Source: an uncultured delta proteobacterium
GTDB taxonomy: Bacteria; Myxococcota_A; Polyangia; Polyangiales; Polyangiaceae
Assembly: GCA_963696385.1 (NCBI GenBank)
Contig: CAVOKF010000007.1
Coordinates: forward strand, 480,001-544,000
DNA length: 64,000 nt
Reading direction: 5' to 3'
Shown: in pieces, positions 48,124 through 58,611 of the stretch
How positions within the stretch are numbered: the stretch's first letter is position 1
How the letters are laid out: each line of letters begins with the position of its first letter
Notes under the pieces: generated by a model
Seen by the model: the letters and a program-made list of their open reading frames with translations, nothing else
The model's database searches: none
Told to the model about the DNA's origin: nothing
Program-made: the position numbers and the translations under genes

Positions 48124-48140
48124 GGCATCGGCCGTGCCAC
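48124..48140 (-). promoter_or_regulatory. sigma54 -24/-12 promoter (sfnB)
   Basis: Minus strand GTGGCACGGCCGATGCC, near-consensus TGGCACG-N4-ATGC. Confidence 0.72.
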
Positions 48141-48453
48141 GGCAACGGACACGGTGCGACGCGCGAAACGGGTGGGCCCGGGCATTGCCGTCCACCCGAA
48201 CGTGATGGGCCTCGCGCAGCGGGTGTTGGCGGACTGCTGCTGGACACGCAAAACGGCCGCCGCCGACGGCGCGCCCGTCGGATCCAGCCACTCGCGTTTC
48301 CTCCGCGCTAATGGCATCGAGGCTGCGCGCCGTACGAACCAACCAGAAGGGTCGTCGATGCCGAGCGTGCACTATGGGGAGGATGCGGCTGCTTCCACGG
48401 ATTGCCGGACAAGGCGTACCCATGAATGACCCTGGCGCTCGCCGTGTTGCAGG

Positions 48454-51400
48454 TTAGGAGAGCAGCAGTTCGAGGTCGGCGCGGGTCAACCCACCGACGG
48501 CAGCTCCACCCTCGCCGAACAGCGCGTCGGCCAGCTCCCGCTTTTGCGACTGCAGCTGCGCGACCTTCTCCTCTACGGTACCGCGTGCGATCAACCGGTA
48601 GGCGAGCACGGTTCGCGCCTGGCCAATCCGATGGGCACGGTCGATCGCCTGCGCCTCGACCGCGGGATTCCACCACGGGTCAAGCAGAAATACGTATTCT
48701 GCCGCGGTGAGGTTCAGCCCTGTCCCGCCGGCCTTGAGGCTCAGCAGGAACACGCTGCACCGTGCGTCCGACTGGAAGCGCGCCACGCATCCGGCGCGGT
48801 CGGTCGTGGCGCCGTCGAGGTACTCGTATTCGATGCCGCTCCGTTCGAGGCGGTCGCGCACGATGGAGAGGAGGCTCGTGAACTGCGAAAATACGAGTGC
48901 CTTCTGACCCTGGGTGCGCAGGGCGTCGAGGTGTTGGAGAAGGACGTCGAGTTTGGCGCTCGGTTCGCCGCGCAGTCCTTCGTCGATGAGCCCCGGATGG
49001 CAAGCTGCCTGACGCAGACGAAGCAGTGCCTCGAGAATGTGGGCGGTCGAGCGGGCCACACCGTCTCGGGCGACTCTCCGGCCGAGCGATCGCCGGTAGT
49101 GGCCGTGCAACTGGTCGTACCGGCGCCGCTGCTCGCCTTCGAGCTCGCACGAGATCGTCTGCTCAATCCGATCGGGCAGCTCGGGCGCGACCTGGCGCTT
49201 CGTGCGGCGAAGAAAGAATGGGCGCACCGCCCGTGCGAGTACGTCACGCGTAGCGTCGTCGATACGATGGGTCCCCTGCGCCAGCGTGGACAGGGCGTTC
49301 GAGGCGCCGAGCAGGCCCGGATTCAAGAAATCGAGCAATGCCGCGAGTTCGCCCAGGTGGTTTTCTACCGGCGTTCCGGTCAGCGCGAGCCGGTGCCGGG
49401 CTCGCAGCGCACGCGCGGCCTGCGCCGTCGCCGTGCGCGCGGTCTTGATGGCCTGGGCCTCGTCGAGGATGACGTAATCGAAGTCAAGCTGCGAGAGCGC
49501 CTCGAGATCGCTGCGGAGCAGCCCGTACGTGGTCAGCACCAAATCGTAGTCACCGAAGTTGCCGCCCGGATCGGCCCGTGTGGGGCCGTCATGTTCCAGC
49601 ACGCGCAGCCGCGGTGCAAAGCGGGCCACCTCCGCCGCCCAGTTGAACAAGACCGACCGGGGTGCCACGACGAGCGAAGGTCCGGGCGCGGGGCGCTCCT
49701 GGCGACGCGCATCGAGCATGGCGAGCACCTGGACCGTCTTGCCGAGACCCATGTCGTCGGCCAGGCAGCCCCCGAACCCAAGCTGGCGAAGCGCTTTGAA
49801 CCATCCAAGCGCATGGCGCTGGTACTCGCGAAGGCTTCCCTGGAATGTGCGCGGAGGGTCGAGCGGCGTGATGTCGGCGAACGCGTGGACATCCCGGCGC
49901 AGCGCGGCGAACCCGGCATCGAACGTAGGGAGTCGTTCGCTCTCCAAAAGCGCGGCGACGAGCGGCGCCTGCACCTTGTGAAAGCGCAGCCCGTCATCGC
50001 GCGGCGCAGCCATCGCGACCCATCGGCGCAATTTCTCGATCTGGTCGTCGGAAAGCTCGCCCACCGAGCCGTCGGCGAGGACGATGTTTCGCCGCTTCTG
50101 CCGAAGCGCCGCGAGCAGTTCGGGAAACGCCGCGTCGATTCCGTCGAAGCGAGCCTGGACCCCCACCTCCAGCCAGTCGATGCCCGTCGAGACCGAGACC
50201 GCGAAAGCGCCGGCGGAACGACGAAGGGTGCCGTTGACTTCGATGCGCCAGCCCAGCCCGACGAGCGCTCGCGCGGCCGGCTCGACCTTGCCGAGCGCAA
50301 TGCGGTGGGCACAGCGCTCCGCCGTCCGACGTTGCCAGTGCTGCAGCGGGCGGACCCCGACGGCCTCGAGTTGTCCGCGAGCGGTGTCCTCGGCGCCCGC
50401 GTCCCGAACGACCAAGCGCCGGCGGGCGCGGTCGAAAACGGCCGAGCCCCGGGTGTCCAATGGGACGCGCACCCCGTCGTAGTCGAAGCCCGCTTCGACC
50501 CGTTGCCCACCCTCGATCGCGGCTTGCCGGTTGGTCTGGAGCAGAGCGTAGGGCCGTCCGGCGCCGTGAACCTCGGGCACGGCATGCTCGGGCGGCAGCG
50601 TCAACCGCGGAGCGCGTGGGGCGCGGAACAACGCGTCGATGAAATCGTCGACCTCATGGATCGGAAGCGCGGCAGGCTGTGAGGCCCTTTCCTCCGCCAA
50701 CCACGCGAAGTGTCCGCGGTCATCGAAGGGGGCCACGCGATCGGCCCAAAACGCGAAACCGCCTATCAGAACGAGCTCCGGATCGCACGCGGGGACGGCT
50801 TCGTCGGCTCGCTCCAGAATGGCCCGGACGCGAAGCGTGTCGCCTTCATCAGGCTGGGTCACCGCGAGGGCGAGCGAGTACGGCTCGGGATCCCAACGGA
50901 GCGGAACACGGTCGGGCTCGCCGAGATACGCGCGGCCGCTCGCGACGAGCCTCTCGAGGAGCTCTCTCGACGCACGTCCGACGGAAAAGGTTCCCGCGCC
51001 GAGCGCACCGTGGGCGGCCCCATGTCCACCGGCGGCCTGGCTGGCCGCGTCGAGGAGCCCGAGCACCCAGGCGTCGGACTCCGGCACGAAGCTCCCCCAA
51101 GGCCTTCCGATGCGGGCGGGACGCCAGAGACCGGCGTTCTGCGGACCGACCCTCTCCACGACCCGCACCACCAGCGAACCCCGAGCCTTGGTCGCCACGG
51201 GATCCAGGACGAAACGAAGCGTGCTCCGTCCGGGCTCCGGAGGCCGAGCGGATGCCGCTCGCGCCGCCATGAGGTCACGCCAGCTCGCTTCAGGACCGCG
51301 CGTGGAGGGACGCTTTGGGATGGCCGGGGTGATCTGCGTCGGTCCTCGGTCCCGCTCGTCCCCGTCCCGGCCTTTGTTGTCATCGTCCGTCGCGTCGCCG

Positions 51401-51741
51401 GCGGACACATCGATCTCGATGGATCGCAGCTCGTCGCCGTGCGGAAGGACACCGTCGCGCTCGGCGACCAAGAGGGTGGCCCACACGTGCTTGCAAGCGT
51501 CGCCTCCCAAGAAATGCGGACAGCTGCAGCTCGCCCGCAGCACGCTATCCACGGCGTGAAGCTCCACGTCGTAGCGCTGCTGCCCTCGCACTTCAGCGAT
51601 CACGGCTTCGGGTGTGGTCCGCACGATCCGGACGAACCCGCGCGTCGCGTAGTCGACCCCTCGAACGCGTGTGATCGGCGTGAAGATGCCCTCCAACCGG
51701 CGGAGGCTGGACGGCGCCACGGCAAATAGCGTACGCGTCAC
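48454..51741 (-). CDS. SWIM zinc-finger SNF2-family helicase/ATPase
   Basis: CSCPHF...CKHVWA (SWIM); LADDMGLGKT, ILDEAQ, LTGTPVEN, SLKAGGTGLNL, DPWWNPAVE.QAIDRAHRIGQ. Confidence 0.95.
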   Translation of the reverse strand: MTRTLFAVAPSSLRRLEGIFTPITRVRGVDYATRGFVRIVRTTPEAVIAEVRGQQRYDVELHAVDSVLRASCSCPHFLGGDACKHVWATLLVAERDGVLPHGDELRSIEIDVSAGDATDDDNKGRDGDERDRGPTQITPAIPKRPSTRGPEASWRDLMAARAASARPPEPGRSTLRFVLDPVATKARGSLVVRVVERVGPQNAGLWRPARIGRPWGSFVPESDAWVLGLLDAASQAAGGHGAAHGALGAGTFSVGRASRELLERLVASGRAYLGEPDRVPLRWDPEPYSLALAVTQPDEGDTLRVRAILERADEAVPACDPELVLIGGFAFWADRVAPFDDRGHFAWLAEERASQPAALPIHEVDDFIDALFRAPRAPRLTLPPEHAVPEVHGAGRPYALLQTNRQAAIEGGQRVEAGFDYDGVRVPLDTRGSAVFDRARRRLVVRDAGAEDTARGQLEAVGVRPLQHWQRRTAERCAHRIALGKVEPAARALVGLGWRIEVNGTLRRSAGAFAVSVSTGIDWLEVGVQARFDGIDAAFPELLAALRQKRRNIVLADGSVGELSDDQIEKLRRWVAMAAPRDDGLRFHKVQAPLVAALLESERLPTFDAGFAALRRDVHAFADITPLDPPRTFQGSLREYQRHALGWFKALRQLGFGGCLADDMGLGKTVQVLAMLDARRQERPAPGPSLVVAPRSVLFNWAAEVARFAPRLRVLEHDGPTRADPGGNFGDYDLVLTTYGLLRSDLEALSQLDFDYVILDEAQAIKTARTATAQAARALRARHRLALTGTPVENHLGELAALLDFLNPGLLGASNALSTLAQGTHRIDDATRDVLARAVRPFFLRRTKRQVAPELPDRIEQTISCELEGEQRRRYDQLHGHYRRSLGRRVARDGVARSTAHILEALLRLRQAACHPGLIDEGLRGEPSAKLDVLLQHLDALRTQGQKALVFSQFTSLLSIVRDRLERSGIEYEYLDGATTDRAGCVARFQSDARCSVFLLSLKAGGTGLNLTAAEYVFLLDPWWNPAVEAQAIDRAHRIGQARTVLAYRLIARGTVEEKVAQLQSQKRELADALFGEGGAAVGGLTRADLELLLS

Positions 51742-51768
51742 GATGCCAAGGCAAGACTGCTGCCACGC

Positions 51769-52194
51769 TCAGGGCGAGGCAAGTTCCATTTCTTGCGGCT
51801 CCCAGCTCTCGCGGGCGAGCAACGCGGAGACGCGAGCACGGACCTCGTCGCGGATCTCGCGTACGCGCTCGATGGGCTTGCCCTTGGGGTCCTCGAGCGG
51901 CCAGTCGTCGCGTCGCAGACCCGGGACAACCGGGCATTGCTCGCCGCATCCCATCGTCACGAGCATGTGCGCGCTGCGCGCCAGGTCGTCGGTCAGCTTT
52001 TGCGGCTTGCGGTCGCTCAGATCGATCCCGACTTCGCGCATCGCCTCAAGCACCTCTGGATGAACATGCGCTCCGGGCTCGGTGCCGGCGGAGATTGCGT
52101 GCGCCTTCGTCGCGTCGGCCAGCGCGTTGAACCAGGCGGCTGCCATTTGCGAGCGACCCGCATTGTGGACGCACGCGAAGATCACGGTATTCAT
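51769..52194 (-). CDS. arsC: Arsenate reductase, LMW-PTP fold
   Basis: ACVHNAGRSQMA, TMGCGEQCP, DWPLEDP. Confidence 0.9.
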   Translation of the reverse strand: MNTVIFACVHNAGRSQMAAAWFNALADATKAHAISAGTEPGAHVHPEVLEAMREVGIDLSDRKPQKLTDDLARSAHMLVTMGCGEQCPVVPGLRRDDWPLEDPKGKPIERVREIRDEVRARVSALLARESWEPQEMELASP

Positions 52195-52235
52195 GGGACC
52201 GCCTCGGCTCTCCTTATTTTTCCACAAACATCGAG

Positions 52236-52322
52236 TTATTCGGCCAAAAAGCGCCTCGATCCGCAGCAGGTGCCCTTGCTGCCATTCTTGCAGCCGTCCT
52301 CCCAGAGGTAGGCGCTCAGCTT
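52236..52322 (-). pseudogene. Probable ArsR C-terminal remnant
   Basis: KLSAYLWEDGCKNGSKGTCC resembles the YL.E.CC.G...C tail of C-terminal-Cys ArsR; no start; directly upstream of arsC. Confidence 0.55.
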
Positions 52323-52325
52323 GCT

Positions 52326-52949
52326 TTAGCCGCCGAGACCGTGCTCCTTGGCGATGGCCGCGTTCTTGGCGTCGGCCCGCTGCGCTGCCGGGCGAGCCGC
52401 GAGCCGCTCGGCGTAGCCGATGAACGTCGGCGTCGCCTCGATCAGCTTGAAGCGCAGCAGGTACCGGACGGCACCGCCAAAGATGCAGTCCGCCATCGAG
52501 AAGCGATCGCCCAGGACGTAGCTTTTTCGAGCGATGGCGCTCTCCATCGAGGCGATCACGCTCTCGTACGTGCCCCAGCCGACCTGGCCCGGCTTGAACT
52601 GCGCGCCCGCGGTCTTGGCCCAAGCGGCCGGCTCAATCACGGACGGCGCAAACAAGGACCAGCGAAGGTACGCGGCGCGTGCCGGATCGTCGGGCGACGG
52701 CGCGAGCGTGCCGAGCGAGTACCGGTCCGCCAGGTATAGGCCAATCGCGGCCGCCTCGGTCACGACGAGGTCGCCGTCGGTCAGGATGGGCACCTTGCCC
52801 ATGGGGTTGAGCGCGACGACATCGGGCGCCTTCTGCCCGCCCTTCATGATGTCGACGAAGCGGAGATCGTACGGCACGCCGAGCTCCTCGAGGACCCAGA
52901 CGACGTTCGCCGCGCGCGAGAAGGGATGGTGGTAGAGCGTGATCGACAT
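52326..52949 (-). CDS. Glutathione S-transferase family protein
   Basis: LYHHPFSRA, LNPMGKVP.L.DG..VTEAAAI..YLAD, GDRFSMAD. Confidence 0.93.
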   Translation of the reverse strand: MSITLYHHPFSRAANVVWVLEELGVPYDLRFVDIMKGGQKAPDVVALNPMGKVPILTDGDLVVTEAAAIGLYLADRYSLGTLAPSPDDPARAAYLRWSLFAPSVIEPAAWAKTAGAQFKPGQVGWGTYESVIASMESAIARKSYVLGDRFSMADCIFGGAVRYLLRFKLIEATPTFIGYAERLAARPAAQRADAKNAAIAKEHGLGG

Positions 52950-53180
52950 GCTGGTGAGGCTAGCCTAGGCGAGTCGCGCGGATAACACGATGCGGTACTC
53001 GGGGGCCGCGTGATTGCGAAAAACGCCTCGCCAGAACACCTTCGTAACCGTAACGGATCCGCCCCATCCGGCTGAAAAGGGTGCTCGGCCGCGTGCTAGG
53101 CTTGGATTGTCGTGTCGGGCACCCCCTCGCCACCGAGGCTGGAACCTCGCAGCTCTCGGCCCGCCGTGGGACGAGAAGGC

Positions 53181-54068
53181 GTGCTCTACGAGGAGCGGCT
53201 TCGACGCGAGCCACGGTGGGCTATGGCCGAATCCGATCGATTCTTCCAGGGTGCCAGCGGACTTCACGAGACGCTTCGCAACCTCACGGCGAAGCTCGAC
53301 GAGCTTGGCATCCCGTACGTCGTGATCGGGGGGATGGCGCTCACCGCCCACGGCTTCGCGCGGATGACGGAAGACATCGACGTGCTCGTCACGAAGCCCG
53401 ACCTCAAGAAGATCCACGCGAAGCTCGTGGGTCTCGGGTACCAGCGCGCGTTCGAGGGCAGTAAGAACATCCGCGACACGAACACGAACGTGAAGATCGA
53501 GTTCGTGCTGACGGGCGACTACCCCGGCAGCGGCGAGCCACAGCCCGTGAGCTTTCCCAATCCGGCCGACGCCGAACCGGTCGTGTTGGAAGGCGTGAAG
53601 TTCGTCGGCCTGCACCGCCTCATCGAGTTGAAGCTCGCCTCGGGCATGACGGGCGGGCCGGACCGCGCGAAGGACATCGTTGATGTTCAACAACTCATCA
53701 AGCTCCTTCAGCTATCTCGTTCCGTCGACAACGATCTGCACGAGTACGTGCGCGGCAAGTACGAGCAGCTATGGGATGAACTGCACGCCGTAAGGAAGAA
53801 GTACGTCCTCCTGTGGCGCAACAAGTTCTCGACCATCGACGCGAAGAGCATCGACGACATGATCGAGACCTTGAGCGGCGCCGCCGATGGGCTACGCCGG
53901 ATGAAGGCCGATGGCGTCACCCTTGATCCGGAGCGGGGGACGGGGGACGACTACGCCTACCTCACGACGACCGACGCCGATGTTGCGAAGAAGTACGGTA
54001 TGCACGACGAGTCCGAGTTCTTCGGCGACCACGGCGAAGAGGAAGTCGAAGAGGACGGCGACAAATAG
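53181..54068 (+). CDS. Pol-beta-type nucleotidyltransferase (AbiEii/DUF6036-like) with extra C-terminal domain
   Basis: YVVIGGMALTAHGFARMTEDIDVLV, LIELKLA, RAKDIVD; start uncertain (53112/53181/53223). Confidence 0.8.
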   Translation: MLYEERLRREPRWAMAESDRFFQGASGLHETLRNLTAKLDELGIPYVVIGGMALTAHGFARMTEDIDVLVTKPDLKKIHAKLVGLGYQRAFEGSKNIRDTNTNVKIEFVLTGDYPGSGEPQPVSFPNPADAEPVVLEGVKFVGLHRLIELKLASGMTGGPDRAKDIVDVQQLIKLLQLSRSVDNDLHEYVRGKYEQLWDELHAVRKKYVLLWRNKFSTIDAKSIDDMIETLSGAADGLRRMKADGVTLDPERGTGDDYAYLTTTDADVAKKYGMHDESEFFGDHGEEEVEEDGDK

Positions 54069-54410
54069 CCCTCCTCGGCAGCAAGGGTCTTGACGCCCGT
54101 CGTCACGAGGACGGCAGCGGGAACGGACTTGGCGAGGGTCGCGTCCGCGCCGTGCCGCGTTTTTGCGAGTTTGCACGCTCATGGCCACGATGGCACACTC
54201 GCGTCGGACGGATCGCGTCGGAGACGTGGGATCGTTTGCGCGTGGGATGAGGATGCAGCACGCTTTTCGGGCGTGTGCGCGTTTGGGGTGAGAGCAGAGC
54301 CTTGAAGCCGGTTTTGCAAATAACGTGACGGAAATACTCGCGTTCGGTCACTTAACTCGTGCGATTCGACGACATGGCCATTTCGAACATCCGCCCAAGG
54401 GGGGGTCATC

Positions 54411-56649
54411 ATGAAGAAGAACGCGTTGGCGGCATCGTGTGCAGCGCTTTTTGCGATCGCAAGCGGTTGCTACACCGGTGGCCCGACGTCGCCACCGGAA
54501 GACCTCCTGCCGTCCGGCGGCCCGGCCGGAACGGCAACCGGGATCGCCAGCGGATCGTCGCCGGGGTTCCCCGGAGCCGTTGGCACGGTCGCGCCCGCGT
54601 TCGGACCGACGGTCGTTGCCGCCGTCACGCCGCCTGCGATCTCGGGCGGCACGCTGATTGTGCTGACCGACGGCGCGACGGCGATCGCCTCGGATCCCGA
54701 CCGCGACGCTGTCTACGTGGTCGACACGGCGACGCTCACCGTGACGGCCACCGTCGCGCTCCAGGCGGGCGACGAACCCGGTCGCCTCGTGGAAGACGGC
54801 GCGGGCCGCGTTCACGTCGCGCTTCGGGGCGGGGGCGCGCTCGAAACGATCGAATCCGACGACGGGCACGATTCTCGAGCGTCGTAGCGTATGCCCCGCT
54901 CCCCGCGGCGTCGCGTGGGACTCGACCCGTGACGCGGTGTGGGTGGCCTGCGCGACCGGTGAGCTCGTGGCGTTGCCGGCCGCGGGCGGCGCCGCGCTGT
55001 CGTCGGTCACGGTCGAACGCGATCTGCGCGACGTCTTGGTCGAGAGCGACGGTTCGCTGGCGATCACGACGTTCCGGTCGGCCGAAGTGCTCCGAGTCGC
55101 AGCCGACGGCAGCGTCACGCGCCGCGACAGCCTCACCTCCCCCGTACAGGCGTTCGCGCCCCACGTCGCCTGGCGCAGCATTCAGGGGGCCAATCAGTCG
55201 ATTGTGGCCGTTTATCAGATCGAGGCGGAACAATCGATTCCGACCGGGGTCCCGAGTGCCTATGGGAGTATCTCCGCGGGCGCGGGCGGGATCGTCGCGA
55301 GCGCGTTGAGCGTCATGGGCCCCGATGGGGGCACCACCGCGACCTTCTTGCTCGACGGAATTCTCCCGGTCGACGTCGCGCTCTCTCCCGATGGCACGAC
55401 CGTGGCCGTCGCGGCACCTGGAAGCGCGTTCCTGACCGCGCAAGGGCAGAACCCCGTCGTCCTGTTCGGCCTCGACGGCACGAACACAACGCCGGCGCCG
55501 TCCTTTGGGATGACGAGTTCGGAGTCTTTCAGCGTCAGCTCCGGGCCACCGCAGACGGCCTCGGCCGCTGCGACCACGACGGGCTCGGCCGCTGCGACCG
55601 CGACGGGCTCGGGGTCATTCAGCGTCAGCTCCGGACCACCGCCAACGGCGGCCTCGGTTGGTTCGGCGCCCACGACGGCAACCGCAACAGCCACGGGAAC
55701 CCTCAGCGGCGCCATCCCCGTTCCGCTGCCGCCGTCCCCGGCCTCTGCGACCGATACGGCCGTGGAGTCCGGCAGCGGGACCAGCCCAGTCGCGGCAAAC
55801 GGCGCCGTGCCGGCGCTCGACGGCCCGGACGCGGCCACGGATACCGGGAACCCGGTTGCCGTCGCCTCCAATACGCCAGGCATCACTTCCAACCAGGTGA
55901 TTGCCGTCGCATTCGACCGCGCGGGTCACCTTCTCGTACAGACGCGCGAGCCCGCTCAACTGTTCGTTGTCGCCAGCGAGAACGCCGTCATCGGTGCAGG
56001 CACGGCGATCACGCTGTCGGCCACGTCTCGCGACGACTCGGGGCACGATATTTTTCACACCGGCGCCGGCGCGCAAATCGCCTGTGCCTCGTGCCACCCC
56101 GAGGGGGGCGACGACGGGTTCGTGTGGACGCTCAACGGCGATTTGCGGCGCACGCCTTCGATGCGCGGCACGATCGAGGGCACGGCCCCGTATCATTGGC
56201 CCGGCGACGAGGCGGACTTCACCGTGCTCACCAACGACGTGTACACGAACCGAATGGCCGGTGCCCCGCTCGACCCCGATCAGTTGAGCGCCCTTCAAGG
56301 CTGGGTCCAGGGGATCCCTGCGCCTCCCGCTCCATCGTGGGTCGATGCCGGCGCCGCGGCGCGGGGCCAAGTCCTTTTCGAGCGAAGCGACACGGCATGC
56401 TCGACCTGCCACTCCGGCGCGAAGTTCACGAACAACGAGACGCTCGATGTCGGAACCGGCGGAGCGTTTCAGGTCCCGCCTTTGGTCGGAGTCAGCTGGC
56501 GGTTCCCTTTCCTGCACGACGGTTGCGCTCAGACGCTCGCCGACCGCTTCGCGCTCGACGGCGGCTGCGACACTCCCGCGCACGGCACGACCTCCCAGCT
56601 GTCCGCCGAGGACCTGTCGGACCTCATCGCGTATCTCGAGTCAATCTAG
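54411..56649 (+). CDS. Lipoprotein with YncE-like beta-propeller and di-heme cytochrome c (CCP/MauG-like); frameshift near 54853
   Basis: ASGC lipobox; removing one A at 54853-54854 joins ORFs 54411 and 54937 (LETIDPTTGTILERRSVCPAPRGVAWD); CASCH and CSTCH heme motifs; PFLHDG. Confidence 0.8.
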
Positions 56650-56651
56650 CG

Positions 56652-58566
56652 TCACGGCCCACAATAGTAAGCACCGACCGCTGCGAGCCAGGCGCCGTAG
56701 TTGCCTTGGTAGGTCGCCGGATTGCACAAGGCGGCGGCCCCGTCGAGGGCTTTCGTGAGGCACGCGTCCGCCTGGATCCAGGCCCCGCACGTCCCGGACT
56801 GGGCCTGCAGGCTGCACTGCACCGCATCGCCCGGGACACAGCCCAGCCCCACTCCCGCGAAGGGGGCCGATTGGCAGGCTTGTGTCAAGCAGTCGTCCAC
56901 GCACGCGGTGCTGTGAACGCACGCTGTGTCGAGAAAGGGCAACGCGCACGCGTGAATCCCCAGGGTCGTCGCCCAGTCGTCGCCGAAGGGCTGCAAGCAC
57001 ACCCCGCACGCGGTACCGGCGGAAAAAATGGAGCTGCACATCTCCGATTCCGGGCCGTCCGCGCAGGCAACGGCCGCGTTCTGAAGGTCGGTCACCGAGC
57101 ACGCCGCTTCGGGCACCAGCGCGAGCTCCTGCAACGCGGCCGGACAGCCGGCGTACGTCGCAGGACACGTCGTTTGCTCGCTCGTGCACGTCCGCGGTGA
57201 CACGCTCAAGTCGCACGTCGACGCCGGAGTCTCGCTCGTGCAGTCCTGGCACGCGGTCGCGTTCTGGCCACACTGCGTATCGATGAACCCGAGCTGGCAG
57301 GCGCCGTTCGCGTCGCAACAGCCGAGACAGCTCCACGGACCGCACGGAACGGACCCGTCCGGGGCCATGCAGCCGCCGGCCCTGCAGTGGTTTCCAGAAT
57401 CGGCGCAGTTCGCACAGGACGCTCCGAACAGACCGCATTGGGTGTCCGAAGAGACGGCGATGCAAGCCCCGGACGCGTCGCAGCACCCGTTGCAGTTGCG
57501 CCAACTGCATCCGGCTCCCCCGTCTTGGGCCGTACACCGCTGATCCGAACAAACGTCGCCGATCGACAGGCAGTTCTGGCAGTTCGTGCCCGACGTCCCG
57601 CACACGACGTTCGTGAGGCCTTGCTGGCAGTTGCCGCTCCAGTCGCAGCAACCCGACGGGCACGACTGCTCATTGCATGCGCCGGCGTCCTCCTGGGCGC
57701 AGCACTGCTGATTGACGCATTCGCCGCCGGAGGCCGTACAATCCGTGCAGTCGCTCCCGTAGATCCCGCACTGCGTGTCCGAGGCGCCGGGAAGGCAATG
57801 GCCGGCTGCATCGACGCATCCGAAGAAACACGCGGTCGGCGCAGGGTAGACGCACTGCTGCGCCGAACAGGTACCGGCCGGCGTGCTGAACGGGATGCCG
57901 TTGCTTTGGTAGCCCGGATCGTAGCCTGACGTGCAATCGGCGCAGGGCGCGCCGCCACTGCCGCATGCGGTGGCCAGACTTCCCGATTGGCAAGTTCCCC
58001 CGAACGCCCCTCCCCCCTCCCGTGCAACATCCGGAGGGGCACGACTCGGGGCCGCAACCGCAAAAGCGGGCCGTCTCGCAGTCGGTTCCCGCAGGGCAGT
58101 CGAAGCACTCCGATCCGGCCGGACACGTTTGACACGCGGCCCCGCCCGCGCCGCAGGCCGCCGGCGACCCGCCCGACTGGCACGTGCCGTTTGCGTCGCA
58201 GCAACCGGCCGGACAATGGGTCGAGTCGCACGGCGCCGGTTCGGAGGGCCCGCAGTCGCCGCCAGCGTCGATGCCGGGGCTGCACGCCATCGCGTCGGGG
58301 GAAGCGTTCGACCCGTCGATGCTGCCGCTGTCCACCCGCGCATCCACGCTCGAATCACCAATCCCGCCGGCATCGGCGTCGCTTCGGGCTTCGGCGTCGC
58401 TCGCATCGACGGGCGACGCGCTCGCATCGACCGAGGCGGCACTGCTGGCGTCGGGGGCGCGAGGCAGGCTGGAATCCGCGCTGCCTCCGCAGCCCACCGA
58501 GACGATCGCGATCCCCAGGATGGCGAACAAGACGAACCGATCCAGACCTTCGGCGCGTGGGTGCAT
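56652..58566 (-). CDS. Cys-rich repeat lipoprotein; frameshift in G-run near 58015
   Basis: AAGGAG RBS; VGCGG lipobox; C.GCCD..G.C...G.....CG..G..C..C repeats; removing one base from C6 at 58012-58017 joins ORFs 57670..58566 and 56652..58442. Confidence 0.8.
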
Positions 58567-58611
58567 GTCGTCGTTTCTCCTTGGGGAACGTCGCGCGGCG
58601 GTCCTGACTGA

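Noticed and set aside
48454..51741. SNF2 helicase as part of a defence system (DISARM/Zorya-like)
   Set aside because: SWIM-SNF2 architecture is a common stand-alone bacterial type and no partner genes are adjacent
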